Assembly: GCA_041178085.1 (NCBI GenBank)
Contig: JBEGVZ010000006.1
Span: 1 to 64,000 of the forward strand
Source: Pseudomonadota bacterium
GTDB taxonomy: Bacteria; Bdellovibrionota_B; Oligoflexia; Oligoflexales; RGVZ01
Direction: 5' to 3'
DNA length: 64,000 nucleotides
Made by a program: the position numbers and the translations under genes. The notes beneath the pieces are model-generated. The model did no database searches, was not told the DNA's origin, and saw nothing but the letters and a program-made list of their open reading frames with translations. Within the stretch, counting starts at the first letter, position 1. Every line of letters starts with the position of its first letter. This document shows, piece after piece, positions 47,912 through 58,093 of this stretch.

Positions 47912-50529
47912 TATGGCTTCGCCTCGCATGGCGTGAAATTGTCAATTCACGCAGGTTTGCAGCATTCTTCATGCTGAACATTGCGCTTGGCCTGGTCGGC
48001 TTCATCATGGTTGCTGCGCTCAAGTCTTCGATTGACCAAAGCCTCCGTGGCAAATCCCGGGAGATCCTGGGCGCAGACTTGAGTGTTTCTGCTTTCCGTC
48101 CGTTGACGAACGAGGAAACAACGCTGATCGACAACATGATGCCCCCCGGCACCGAAGTGGCGGGGGAATTCGGCTGGATCAGCATGGTGTCAGTGCCGCA
48201 AACCCAACCGGGAACTCCGGCGCCACCGGCCCGGCTTATGGAGATCCGGGCTGTAGATCCCCGATTCCCATTCTACGGACAAGTTGAATTTACCGGTATC
48301 GACGGAAAAACCGGAGATGGCACGATCTTCAAGCAGATGGACACGCAACCCATCGCGATCGCCGGACCAGAACTTTTCTACCAGCTTGATCGCAAACCTG
48401 GTGATGAGATCCGGATCGGAGACCAGATATTCACCCTCGCGGGCACCATAACATCCGATCCTTCGACATCAAGTGCGAGTTTTTCAATTGCACCGCGTCT
48501 TTACATGGGCCGGGCATGGGCCGACAGGACCGGACTGATCCAACGCGGAAGCCGCCTTACCCACGCACGCCTTTACCGGATCACAGCGCGGGATTTTGAC
48601 ATCGCACCCCTTGAGGCACAAATCAAGGAAGCACTCAAAACAAAAACTGAAATCCGCATAAGAAGCCACGAATCGGCTACCGACGAACTTGCACGGATCC
48701 TGAAATTCCTTGGCGACTATCTGGGCGTTGTTTCGATCATCGCGATCCTTCTTGCGGGCATAGGCGGCAACTATCTGATCTTTGCCCACGTCCGCGGCAA
48801 GATAAAAGAGCTGGCAATCCTGCAGGCGATCGGTGCAATGCCATCGGCTACCCGCTGGATCACATTGTGGCAAATGGTGATCCTTGGCTCTGCAGGCGCT
48901 GGGCTGGCTGTCGTCCTATCGTCAGCCATGCTGCCAGCCTTGCGGGATCTTCTGGCACCGTTTCTTGGCGCCAGCATCCACATCACAACCCAACCTGCAT
49001 CCGTTTTTACGGCGATTTTGCTAGGCGCTCTGGGAGCGCCTGTGGCGGCACTTCCGGTCTTTGCCCACATCAAGGGAATGAATGCCGCCCAACTTTTTCA
49101 GGAGCACGAACACGCCACGCCAATGCCGCCACGGCAGTGGATCCTGCCAGCCTTGCCGTCCATCATCGTGATCTTCGGACTTGCAGCATGGCAAACCAAG
49201 AGCTTGCTCGCCGGCCTGTTGTTCCTGTTTGTCACTGGTGCGTCAGCCTTGATACTGGGAGTGGCCGGCGTGACGTTCCTGAAAGCGATTGCATGGCTGG
49301 CGGCCTTCACAACCGGATCAAACCAAAGCAGCGCGAGCACGCCATGGGCGCTGATGATGGCGCTTCGCAGCATGAGCCGTGCACGTCAGACAACCCTCAT
49401 CTCTTTTGTCACGATGGGCCTTTGCGCAGCCTTGGTCAGCGCGGTGCCCCAAGTGCGGGCGATTCTGACGTCAGAGCTCAAGACGACAAAAACAGGAACC
49501 ATGCCGGGCCTTTTCCTGTTTGACGTCCAACCGGAACAGGAACCAGAGATCCGCGCGTGGCTTGATTCAAAGGGCGCTCGCGTGGATCAGATGTCGCCCC
49601 TGATCCGGGCGCGCTTGGAGGAAATCAACGGCGTAAAACTAGGTGACACATTTGACAACATTCCCGGCACGCGCGAGCGGGAGACCGAGGAACGATTCAA
49701 AAACCGGACTTATAATCTCTCGGTCCGCGGCAATTTGTCGGCCAGTGAGCAATTGGTCGATGGCCGTCCGTTTGAAACAGTGCGCCACGATCCAGGGCGT
49801 CAGTCCTTGCCAGAGATCTCCATTGAAAAGAGATTCTCGGAACGTACAGGGATCAAGATCGGGGATGAGCTGCTCTTCAATATACAGGGCGTGATGATCA
49901 AAGGCCGGGTGGTAAACCTGCGACGAGTTCGTTGGGCCAGCTTCCAGCCAAATTTTTTCGTTCAGTTCCAGGAAGGGGTCATCGACGATGCCCCTCGAAC
50001 CTTCATCGGCACCATCCCCGAGCTAGGTTTTGAAGCCACGCAGTCACTGCAAAGGGAGATGGCACAAAAATTCCCCAACGTATCGGTGGTCGATGTGAAA
50101 TCTGCGGTCGAAAGAATCCTCGGCATTTCCGACCAGATCACCCTTGCCGTCACCGTCATGGCCATCATGTGCCTGGTCGCAGGCCTGGGGGTACTGGTAT
50201 CGATCACCATACAACAGGCGAGAAGACGCGCCTTCGAGACTGCACTGCTGAAGGTTCTGGGCGCAAGTTTCAGCTCAGTGTACCAGCGCACGCTCGCCGA
50301 ATCTGTGCTGACCGCACTTTTTGCCTCTGCCTGCGGATTCGTGGTCAGCTTTGGCGTTGCATGGGTCTTGTCACGCTTCGTCTTTGACGGCATCTGGGTC
50401 TTTGCATGGCGCGACGCGGCAGCACCGGCAGCCGTGATCCTTGTCCTTACCGTGGTTGTGACGATGGCTTTCTCGCGTTTGACGTTGGGGACAAAACCCC
50501 GGGCATTGCTTCAGGACACAAACCATTAG
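47908..50529 (+). CDS. ABC transporter permease (YbbP-like, double FtsX)
   Basis: LAWRE, LGADL, FPFYG, PGLFLFDVQ, W.SFQPNFF; two FtsX TM blocks. Confidence 0.9.
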   Translation: MIWLRLAWREIVNSRRFAAFFMLNIALGLVGFIMVAALKSSIDQSLRGKSREILGADLSVSAFRPLTNEETTLIDNMMPPGTEVAGEFGWISMVSVPQTQPGTPAPPARLMEIRAVDPRFPFYGQVEFTGIDGKTGDGTIFKQMDTQPIAIAGPELFYQLDRKPGDEIRIGDQIFTLAGTITSDPSTSSASFSIAPRLYMGRAWADRTGLIQRGSRLTHARLYRITARDFDIAPLEAQIKEALKTKTEIRIRSHESATDELARILKFLGDYLGVVSIIAILLAGIGGNYLIFAHVRGKIKELAILQAIGAMPSATRWITLWQMVILGSAGAGLAVVLSSAMLPALRDLLAPFLGASIHITTQPASVFTAILLGALGAPVAALPVFAHIKGMNAAQLFQEHEHATPMPPRQWILPALPSIIVIFGLAAWQTKSLLAGLLFLFVTGASALILGVAGVTFLKAIAWLAAFTTGSNQSSASTPWALMMALRSMSRARQTTLISFVTMGLCAALVSAVPQVRAILTSELKTTKTGTMPGLFLFDVQPEQEPEIRAWLDSKGARVDQMSPLIRARLEEINGVKLGDTFDNIPGTRERETEERFKNRTYNLSVRGNLSASEQLVDGRPFETVRHDPGRQSLPEISIEKRFSERTGIKIGDELLFNIQGVMIKGRVVNLRRVRWASFQPNFFVQFQEGVIDDAPRTFIGTIPELGFEATQSLQREMAQKFPNVSVVDVKSAVERILGISDQITLAVTVMAIMCLVAGLGVLVSITIQQARRRAFETALLKVLGASFSSVYQRTLAESVLTALFASACGFVVSFGVAWVLSRFVFDGIWVFAWRDAAAPAAVILVLTVVVTMAFSRLTLGTKPRALLQDTNH

Positions 50530-51761
50530 ATCGATGGACCGTCGCCGCTTTCATCAAGAAGCAGCGCCGCCATCCATAAAAAATCTGTCCCTGAAAACGT
50601 GATGGAACATTCGCGTCGCTTCTCCAGCGCCTGGACGCCGGGCCTCTGCCATACATAGTCCGCACGCCGATCACAATCAGCAGGCAAGCGATCGTCAGGA
50701 AAGGCTGTCATGGCCATGAGCTGGGCCGCCATCGCCCGCCGCTTTTGCACCGACAGTGTATCTCCCGATGTCCGCCAAGCCAGCCAACGAAAGAAAAGAT
50801 TCTCAGGTTCAGCAATGTAGAGGGACCGAGCCGTCCAAGCCTGGCGAAGTTCGCGTAATTGACCTGGGATCAAGGGATCAATCACGGTGGAAAGAGGGTC
50901 CACGACGTTCGCCGAAGGTCGGCTGCCGGGCGCCTTTTGCCGCGCAATTTCCATCTCCAACCAAAGGGTAAGTGCGACCAGGTGGGACCGATAATCACCC
51001 GTTGTCGTCAACGCGTCGAACTCTGTTGTCCAGAAGCTCATGCCAAGCTGGGAACCCTGCTGCCCCTGGTAATGTGCAATTTCATCAAACGCCGCGCGCA
51101 GACCGGGACTCATAAAGCTGACATAGAACGGCCCACGCGAGATGTAACCACTGAATCGCCACAAGTCGCTGCGGGTCAGGTCGATGGCATCTGTCGAGCC
51201 TGGGGGATTCTGGGAAAAGGCGGCCATCAAGCCCAGGATCATGTCACGGGACAGTGCCTTGTCCCGACAGCGTGGATGACGCCACCACCCACGTTCCGCA
51301 TGACGGCTTTTCTGGATTGCTTCCCAGCCTGCCCGGGCAAGTTCGTAGTGTCCGAGCTTTTGCAGCGCAACGTAACGCAAGCTAGAGAACAACAGGGAGT
51401 CACACTGGTGAGTCGCTGACCCATCTGCCCTGCGATCAACGACCATGCCGTCTTCAAGGTTGGTTTGCTGGCTCCACTCTGCGTAGTCAGCAGCCTTCGC
51501 GGCCAGGCGTTGACCGGTTTCAGTCATCCGGAAAGGGACAGGCTGGATACCCTCGACGGATTGTCCGGATTCAAGGACAAGCGATTTCGCCATGAGGTGC
51601 GATGCGCGCTTCTGGTTGATCAGGCTGTAGCTCACCACGACAAAGTGAGTGACAACAACGTACAGGGCGAAAATAGCAGACGGCGCAGCCACCCAGACAA
51701 AGAATGCACGAAATTTTTTTTTAGTTTGTTTGCGCATAAGAGGGCGGGGAGCGATCCCCAT
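50526..51761 (-). CDS. Membrane-anchored hypothetical protein (helical)
   Basis: Basic N-terminus plus TM anchor; GGAGAGG RBS; CDSLLF and SRDMILG segments; no recognised family. Confidence 0.7.
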   Translation of the reverse strand: MGIAPRPLMRKQTKKKFRAFFVWVAAPSAIFALYVVVTHFVVVSYSLINQKRASHLMAKSLVLESGQSVEGIQPVPFRMTETGQRLAAKAADYAEWSQQTNLEDGMVVDRRADGSATHQCDSLLFSSLRYVALQKLGHYELARAGWEAIQKSRHAERGWWRHPRCRDKALSRDMILGLMAAFSQNPPGSTDAIDLTRSDLWRFSGYISRGPFYVSFMSPGLRAAFDEIAHYQGQQGSQLGMSFWTTEFDALTTTGDYRSHLVALTLWLEMEIARQKAPGSRPSANVVDPLSTVIDPLIPGQLRELRQAWTARSLYIAEPENLFFRWLAWRTSGDTLSVQKRRAMAAQLMAMTAFPDDRLPADCDRRADYVWQRPGVQALEKRRECSITFSGTDFLWMAALLLDESGDGPSI

Positions 51762-51808
51762 CAGGACCCTCTCCCCACAGGAAGAGAACGGACAATGCGC
51801 AAAAAATT

Positions 51809-51836
51809 AAAACCCGCCCAGGTTTGGGCGGGTTTT
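51809..51836. terminator. Intrinsic terminator downstream of the aldehyde dehydrogenase (bidirectional geometry)
   Basis: AAAACCCGCCCA-ggtt-TGGGCGGGTTTT perfect stem with A/T tracts on both sides. Confidence 0.85.
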
Positions 51837-51875
51837 TACATTGGTTTCAGGATCTTGCGTTACATTAGGGCGACC

Positions 51876-53438
51876 TTAAATCTGCACCTTGAAAGCCAGG
51901 TTCGGCTCCACGTAGGCAGTCTCCATCTGGGCTAGTTGGAGCTTTCCAGACATGTCCCAGTTGACGGCGTGCCATTTCGTGAATTGATCAAGAACCCAGA
52001 TTCCTGACTGTCTGCCGCCGTTTCCGCTCTTGCCATTGCCACCAAATGGAAGGTGCGCCTCGGCGCCGGTGGTGGAGTTGTTGATGCTCGACATGCCGGC
52101 CGTAATGCCTTGCTTGAAGCGATAAACCAGCGACGGGTTATTGGTATAAACCGCAGAGGACAAGCCGTAGCCGTGGTCATTGGCCATGGTGAGCGCCTCC
52201 TCGAAATCCTGGAACTTCATGACGTTGAAAAGCGGACCAAAAGTCTCTGTCCGGTAAATCTTGTCGGTCATCTTCACGTTCAACAAGATGTTCGGACGGG
52301 CGTAGAAACCGTTTTCCGCGTCACCTTTGAAGTGGCTCCAATCGACACCGTGGCCAATCCAGCCACCTTTTCCAAGCGGCATCTCATGGTGTTTCTCCAC
52401 CAACGTTTCCAAGTGGGAGAGGTGATTTTTCAGAAAGCGTTCGCTGATGAGCGGCCCGTACATGATGTCCTGCCGCATCGGATCACCGATGACAACTTTC
52501 GATGCCCGATCGACGAGCTTGCCCACAAACTCATCGTGGATGGCAGCATCGAGGATTAGATTGCCGAGTGAAGTACACCGTTGGCCTCCGGTGCCAAATC
52601 CACTGAACAATGCACCTTCCACTGCAAGATTGATGTCGGCGTCGCGACACACGATCATCGGGTTTTTACCACCAAGTTCAAGACAAGGAACCTGCAGGTT
52701 TCGTCCGCAAGCCTCGCCTATGCGTCGTCCGACTTCGGTCGAACCAGTGAAACCGATCTTGTCAAAAAGACCTTCGTCGATCAGTTCGACCATGGCTGCG
52801 CCGGTGGTCGGACCCTGGCCAAAGACCGTATTGAACACTCCCCGCGGCAATCCAGCCTGGTGCAGGAGTTCGGTGAACCAATAGCTGGTCGCAGGAGCAT
52901 CCTCGCTCGGTTTCCAGACACACGTGTTGCCGGCGACAAGCGCCGGAACAAAATACCAGGAAGGGACTGCGAACGGAAAATTACAGGCTGTCATGCACCC
53001 AAAAACGCCCACCGGACGCCGGTAGGTGAAAAGTTCCTTGTTGGGCATTTCTGACGGGACGGTCTGGCCATAAAGGCGGCGTCCTTCCGAAATAAAAAAG
53101 TTACAGGTATCAACTGCTTCCTGAACTGATCCCAAAGCCTCACGAAGTGGTTTACCGATTTCACGGGCCACCACCTTGGCCAACGCTTCTTTATTCTCTT
53201 CAATCAGGCGTCCGAAGTTTGCGATGATCCCGGCACGCACGGGGGCCGGGGTCTGCGACCATGACTTGAATGCCTTGCGAGCGGCATGCGCAGCTTCGCG
53301 GACCTGGTCCTTGCCGGCCTCGCCGAACTCACCGATGACGTCCTTGCGGTTTGCGGGATTGATGCTCGAAAAAGTCGCACCACGGCCCTCGATCCATGTT
53401 CCATCGATATATGCTGACAGCTTGCGGTTCTTGTACAT
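51876..53438 (-). CDS. Aldehyde dehydrogenase family protein
   Basis: Start MYKNRK with GGAGGA RBS; NFP, WKPSE, FTGSTEVG, LELGGKN, GQRCT, ETFGP, PFGG. Confidence 0.95.
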   Translation of the reverse strand: MYKNRKLSAYIDGTWIEGRGATFSSINPANRKDVIGEFGEAGKDQVREAAHAARKAFKSWSQTPAPVRAGIIANFGRLIEENKEALAKVVAREIGKPLREALGSVQEAVDTCNFFISEGRRLYGQTVPSEMPNKELFTYRRPVGVFGCMTACNFPFAVPSWYFVPALVAGNTCVWKPSEDAPATSYWFTELLHQAGLPRGVFNTVFGQGPTTGAAMVELIDEGLFDKIGFTGSTEVGRRIGEACGRNLQVPCLELGGKNPMIVCRDADINLAVEGALFSGFGTGGQRCTSLGNLILDAAIHDEFVGKLVDRASKVVIGDPMRQDIMYGPLISERFLKNHLSHLETLVEKHHEMPLGKGGWIGHGVDWSHFKGDAENGFYARPNILLNVKMTDKIYRTETFGPLFNVMKFQDFEEALTMANDHGYGLSSAVYTNNPSLVYRFKQGITAGMSSINNSTTGAEAHLPFGGNGKSGNGGRQSGIWVLDQFTKWHAVNWDMSGKLQLAQMETAYVEPNLAFKVQI

Positions 53439-53506
53439 GACACATCCTCCTGGGTCGGGGTAACATCCCCCAAAAGCCCGCAGACTGCAACAACGAGGGT
53501 GATCCA

Positions 53507-53740
53507 TTGAGCAACGAAGAGGAACGCCGGAAGGCCGCCAGGTGCCCGGTTTGCCAGGGCCCTGCAGTGATCCACGACGCGGCCACGGGCCATATCCGAT
53601 GCCGTAACTCACTGTGTATACAGAACCATGCCAGCCAAAAATGTCCGCGGTGTGGCTCCGAGACCATCGCGGATGTCCGGCCAAAAAAAGACAAGTCAGG
53701 TCACGAGTATACGTGCGCGGACTGCGCGCACGTCTGGTAG
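53507..53740 (+). CDS. Small double zinc-ribbon protein
   Basis: CPVC..CRNSLC..CPRC..CADCAHVW; GAGGG RBS and TTG start. Confidence 0.75.
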   Translation: MSNEEERRKAARCPVCQGPAVIHDAATGHIRCRNSLCIQNHASQKCPRCGSETIADVRPKKDKSGHEYTCADCAHVW

Positions 53741-53746
53741 CTGCCC

Positions 53747-53836
53747 GGGTGCTGAAAAGGGGTGAGATGCAAGGCGCGACGCCGACGAGGACCGGAGGCA
53801 AGGAGCAACGCCGCTGATCGCCCCTTTTCAGCACCC
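53747..53836. mobile_element. Palindromic MITE/REP-like element between convergent genes
   Basis: Perfect 16-bp inverted repeats GGGTGCTGAAAAGGGG / CCCCTTTTCAGCACCC around 58 bp; shares GCAAGG, GCCG(A/G)CGAGGA and ACGCCGC with the 11509 element. Confidence 0.6.
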
Positions 53837-53838
53837 TG

Positions 53839-55128
53839 TCAGCCGCCGACGGTGCCGGCCATGTCGAATACCGGCAAGTACATGGCGATAACGATGAAGC
53901 CGACGACCGAGCCGATACTGACAATCATTACGGGTTCTATCAGGGAAAGCATGGTCTTTACGGCAAGGTCGACTTCCTCTTCGTAAAACTCAGCCACTTT
54001 CATCAACATCTCGTCGAGGGCTCCGGTGGCCTCACCTACCTCAACCATGGAGATCACCATGGGTGGGAAAAGGCCGTCCTTGGTCAAGGGGGTGCTGAAC
54101 TTGACTCCCTGCTCAATCTCGGCGCGGACATTGAGGATAAATTCCTCAACCCTCTTGTTCCCTGCGGACGCTGCGCAAATGTTCAGTGCTTCGAGCAGGT
54201 TCACACCGGCCTTGAGCATGGTGGAAAGGGTCGAGCAAAAACGTCCGACTGAAACCTTCCTGACCAGGTCACCAATGACCGGCGCAAGAAGCATCGCACG
54301 GTCAAATTGACGCCGGCCTGGCTCGGTATTGCGATAAAAGTTGAGACCGACGATGGTCACTATGATACCGGCGAAGACGAACAAGACGTTGTCACGGAAA
54401 AAATTGGAAATATCCACCACGACCTGGGTCAATGCCGGAAGCTCCCGGCCTGACTCCTGGAACTGCTTCGCAAAGGTTGGCACGACAAATGCCAGCAATG
54501 CTGAAATCACAGCCGTAGCAGCAACCACCACGACTGCCGGGTAAACCATGGCGGACTTCACCTGGGATTTGATCTTCGCAGCTTTCTCGATATACGTGGT
54601 CAAACGCATCAGAATGTTGTCGAGACTTCCGCTGGTCTCTCCCGCGCGCACCATCGCCACGTAAAGTGTATCGAAGATCGCTTTGTGGCTACGCATTGCC
54701 TCACTAAGCGTCTTGCCGTTTTCCACGTCATTCTGAACCTTCCGCAGCGCCGCGCCAAAAACCAGGTTCTTTTGCGAGGAACCCAGAACACTCAAGGCCT
54801 GGATCAAGGGCACTCCACTGGAGAGCATGGTTGCCAGCTGCTTGGTGAATACGACAACTTCCCGTATCCCGGGAGCGCCGCTCCCAATAATGATCTGCAT
54901 GTTCCCGGCTTGGTCCCGGACCATCTTGAACAGGACAAGGTTGATTTCATCGGAAGATGCCGCACCACTTTTACTTCCGGCTTTTGCGGCGTTCTTCTTC
55001 TGGATCGAGATGACTTTCTTGCCTTCACGCGTCAGGCGAGAACGCACAACGGAGTCGGAAGGGCCGGTCATCACGCCCTCGACGCTTGATCCGTCCTTGT
55101 TTCTCGCCTTGTACGCAAATTCAGCCAT
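53839..55128 (-). CDS. pilC: Type IV pilus platform protein (PilC/GspF family)
   Basis: FTKQLATMLSSGVPL, GETSGSLD, AMVYP, GEATGALDEML, IEP, AMYLPVF. Confidence 0.93.
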   Translation of the reverse strand: MAEFAYKARNKDGSSVEGVMTGPSDSVVRSRLTREGKKVISIQKKNAAKAGSKSGAASSDEINLVLFKMVRDQAGNMQIIIGSGAPGIREVVVFTKQLATMLSSGVPLIQALSVLGSSQKNLVFGAALRKVQNDVENGKTLSEAMRSHKAIFDTLYVAMVRAGETSGSLDNILMRLTTYIEKAAKIKSQVKSAMVYPAVVVVAATAVISALLAFVVPTFAKQFQESGRELPALTQVVVDISNFFRDNVLFVFAGIIVTIVGLNFYRNTEPGRRQFDRAMLLAPVIGDLVRKVSVGRFCSTLSTMLKAGVNLLEALNICAASAGNKRVEEFILNVRAEIEQGVKFSTPLTKDGLFPPMVISMVEVGEATGALDEMLMKVAEFYEEEVDLAVKTMLSLIEPVMIVSIGSVVGFIVIAMYLPVFDMAGTVGG

Positions 55129-55155
55129 CGTTTGTCCAAATATCCGGGTTTAAAT

Positions 55156-56883
55156 TCAAGCCGCTGCGATCTGCGGCGTTTCGCCGTCGTCATCGGGAGC
55201 CGTATTTTGCACAGCCTCTGTAAAAGATATTTGTCCGGATGCCATTTTCATCAGCGCAGACTGACGAAGGGTGCGCATCCCATTGGCCATCGCAACCCGC
55301 TTCAACTCCATTGATGCCGCATTGCGCATGATTGCCTCGCGGACAGGATCGTTCACTTTCAGAATTTCATGGACTGCAACCCGACCCTTGTTCCCGGTAT
55401 TGCCACACAAACTGCATCCGGCGCCCTTCATTGGCTTGATCCGCGAAGCAAACTGGGGCGATATCCCGGCACGGGCCAACATATCGGGCGTCACGGACTC
55501 ATCGGTCGTCTTGCATTTCATACAAATCTTGCGGACAAGGCGCTGTGCCGTGATGCAATTGAGGGCTGACACAAGGTTGAATCCCTCGACGCCCATGTTA
55601 AGCAAACGGTTGATCGTATCGGGCGCACTGTTGGTGTGCAGAGTTGACAACACCATGTGGCCAGTGAGCGCTGCCTTGACCGCAATCTCTGCCGTTTCCA
55701 GGTCCCGGATCTCTCCGACCATGATGATGTCTGGATCCTGCCGCAGGAAAGATTTCAGAGCTTCCGCAAAGGTCAGCCCGATATCAGGCTTGGTCTGAAC
55801 CTGATTGATGCCTTCGATATTGTATTCGACTGGGTCTTCCGCGGTCATGATGTTGTCGCTCTCCTGGTTCAGTTCCGAGAGAGCGGAGTAAAGGGTGGTG
55901 GTCTTTCCCGAACCTGTGGGGCCGGTCACAAGCACCATGCCGTAAGGGCTGTGAATCGAGGCCATGAACTTGTCGAGCTGGTCCTGATCCAGGCCAAGCT
56001 GGGTCATGTCGACTTTCAGCGCAGACTTGTCGAGGATACGAAGTACGATCTTCTCGCCGTAAACTGTCGGAAGGGTACTTACCCGGTAGTCCACGGGATT
56101 GGAGCCCATCAGGATGTTGATCGCGCCGTCCTGTGGAAGGCGGCTTTCGGCGATGTCGAGGCGGGACATGATCTTGATACGTGTCATCAGGGCCGCCTTC
56201 ATGTTTGCGGGCGGTCGAGTAAGCTCCAGAAGTACACCGTCGATCCGCAAACGGACCCGCACATAGGTCTCATAAGGTTCGATATGGATGTCAGACGCAC
56301 CGCGTGACTGCGCCTCCAGCAGGATGTAGTTGACCAGTTTGATGACCGGTCCATCCGTATCAAGGTTACCGGCTCCGATCTGGGTACGCTTGACGCCCAG
56401 CACATCCACGGCAGTTTCAAGATCCTTGCCCTGCCGTTCCAGTTCTGAAAGATCGCCCGAGCTGCGACCGTAGTATTTTGCCAGGGCATCGATGATGTGA
56501 CTTTCGGCCGCCAGGACCGGGCGTGCGAACAAACCTGTCTTGAAGCGGACAGTGTTGATCGTCTCCAGTTCCCGCGGGTCGGCCATGGCGATGGTGACCT
56601 CATTCGGGCCTTGGGCGACCGGGATCACCTTCAATTTCATAGCTACTTCGCGAGGTACCAGCTCTACGATGGTACGGGGAATGTCCATTTCGTCGAGACG
56701 AATCTTGGGGACACGGTAAACCTGGGACATCGCTTCCAGAAAGCGATCCATGGGGACCAGCTCCAGGACCTCGATCGCATACGTCAGGCTGACTTCGGAC
56801 TTTACCGCATGGACCTCGGCCTTCTGCAGCTGCTCTTCCGACAAGCCCAGAGCTTTTTTGATAATTTCTCGAAAAGTAACCAT
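55156..56883 (-). CDS. pilB: Type IV pilus assembly ATPase
   Basis: ASDIHIEP, PQDG, GPTGSGKTTTLY, EDPVEY, LRQDPD, GEIRD, STLHTN, CxxC...CxxC. Confidence 0.94.
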   Translation of the reverse strand: MVTFREIIKKALGLSEEQLQKAEVHAVKSEVSLTYAIEVLELVPMDRFLEAMSQVYRVPKIRLDEMDIPRTIVELVPREVAMKLKVIPVAQGPNEVTIAMADPRELETINTVRFKTGLFARPVLAAESHIIDALAKYYGRSSGDLSELERQGKDLETAVDVLGVKRTQIGAGNLDTDGPVIKLVNYILLEAQSRGASDIHIEPYETYVRVRLRIDGVLLELTRPPANMKAALMTRIKIMSRLDIAESRLPQDGAINILMGSNPVDYRVSTLPTVYGEKIVLRILDKSALKVDMTQLGLDQDQLDKFMASIHSPYGMVLVTGPTGSGKTTTLYSALSELNQESDNIMTAEDPVEYNIEGINQVQTKPDIGLTFAEALKSFLRQDPDIIMVGEIRDLETAEIAVKAALTGHMVLSTLHTNSAPDTINRLLNMGVEGFNLVSALNCITAQRLVRKICMKCKTTDESVTPDMLARAGISPQFASRIKPMKGAGCSLCGNTGNKGRVAVHEILKVNDPVREAIMRNAASMELKRVAMANGMRTLRQSALMKMASGQISFTEAVQNTAPDDDGETPQIAAA

Positions 56884-56981
56884 GCCGGTTTTATCGGCAT
56901 CGGAGCAAAATTGTTAACGTCTGGGAGCAGGATTATGCCGCTGCAAGGCGGAGATCGACCGGATACGGCTTTGGTAAAAAA

Positions 56982-57647
56982 TCAAAAGTTGCCGATTTCC
57001 GTACCGTAAATGCGCTTTGCGCCGGCATGGCTATGGCGGACGGCCTTTAGCTGAACCCAGGCCAGACGGGCGAGCATGGCTTGCTCGTCAAAATCAACCG
57101 ATTTAATTAAACTTTTCAGATACTTGCGGATGATTTGAGCCACCTGAGGCGGATGTACGATCAGACCATTGCCCAGCCAGGCCGAATCTCCGTCTGGAAA
57201 CACAAACCCCTGAAACAACGCACCCACGGTGAAACCGCGGAAGCTCTCATTGTGCTTGCGGCGCACATTGTAGCCATCCCCAGTCCGCAGATCCCGGATG
57301 GTCATGCCGTCTTCCGGCGACACAGTGAGGATTTCAAAAACCGAGTGCCGGAAGGACTCCATCGCCTCGATCAGCTTGCCGCCCCTTTCGGGGTCGTCGA
57401 TAAGGGCCGGAGCGAAACGCAGGAATGGGGTTGCCGGACCCTGGCCAGGAAGCGGGCGAAGCAAAACAAAATGGTCCAGGAAATAACTCATACGCGATTC
57501 AAAGAAAGGGTCTTCGGGGAAGACCTTGCCGAAGAGGGTATGGAATTCGTCCTTTGCGCGCACAAAGGCATCCTTGCCAAACTCCTGCTCGGAGCGCATG
57601 ACTACGGCCTCGATCAGCTGGTCTGTCGTCTGGGGGCTGGCAGTCAC
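56982..57647 (-). CDS. Hypothetical protein
   Basis: Intact 221-aa ORF in operon context upstream of pilB. Confidence 0.75.
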   Translation of the reverse strand: MTASPQTTDQLIEAVVMRSEQEFGKDAFVRAKDEFHTLFGKVFPEDPFFESRMSYFLDHFVLLRPLPGQGPATPFLRFAPALIDDPERGGKLIEAMESFRHSVFEILTVSPEDGMTIRDLRTGDGYNVRRKHNESFRGFTVGALFQGFVFPDGDSAWLGNGLIVHPPQVAQIIRKYLKSLIKSVDFDEQAMLARLAWVQLKAVRHSHAGAKRIYGTEIGNF

Positions 57648-57658
57648 TGGCGTTTACC

Positions 57659-58093
57659 TCATCGGAGCGGGTAGCTTCGAGGCCACATGTACACGAAAGT
57701 TCCAGCCCACGGAATGCGAAAGGGCATGGAAATCCATACCCTGAGGACTTTTCCCGATACACCGCGGCTGGACACCGGGGACGCGACCGCATCGCCGGCC
57801 TGAGGACTCAGGATAACATCTTCCATTGGAACATATAAGCCGCCCTCTCGGTAGACCCGCTGGACCTCTCTTTTCAAAGCGATTTCGGACAATTGAGAGG
57901 ATTTAGCTGCCAAGGCCGTCAGGGCAGGTGCCGCCCGCCAGGCCGCGTAGCCGGCCTGAACAGCTCCCGCTACCATTTGACCTGCTGCAGCCAGAACAAA
58001 AAGCACAGCCAAGACGGCGAGCAGCCCGTGGGTCCACGGACAACCTTGACGCACGGGATCGCGGCGCGAACCAGGCCGGCCATTCGCGGTCAC
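57659..58093 (-). CDS. Small membrane-anchored hypothetical protein
   Basis: GTGA overlap with the pduO-like stop; single N-terminal TM. Confidence 0.6.
   Translation of the reverse strand: MTANGRPGSRRDPVRQGCPWTHGLLAVLAVLFVLAAAGQMVAGAVQAGYAAWRAAPALTALAAKSSQLSEIALKREVQRVYREGGLYVPMEDVILSPQAGDAVASPVSSRGVSGKVLRVWISMPFRIPWAGTFVYMWPRSYPLR

Noticed and set aside
46596..50529. tesA-ybbA-ybbP as a novel system
   Set aside because: Well-known conserved cluster; co-orientation alone is unremarkable.
53439..53924. N-terminal extension of the aldehyde dehydrogenase (682-aa call)
   Set aside because: Overlaps the Zn-ribbon gene and pilC; the real start at 53438 has a strong RBS.
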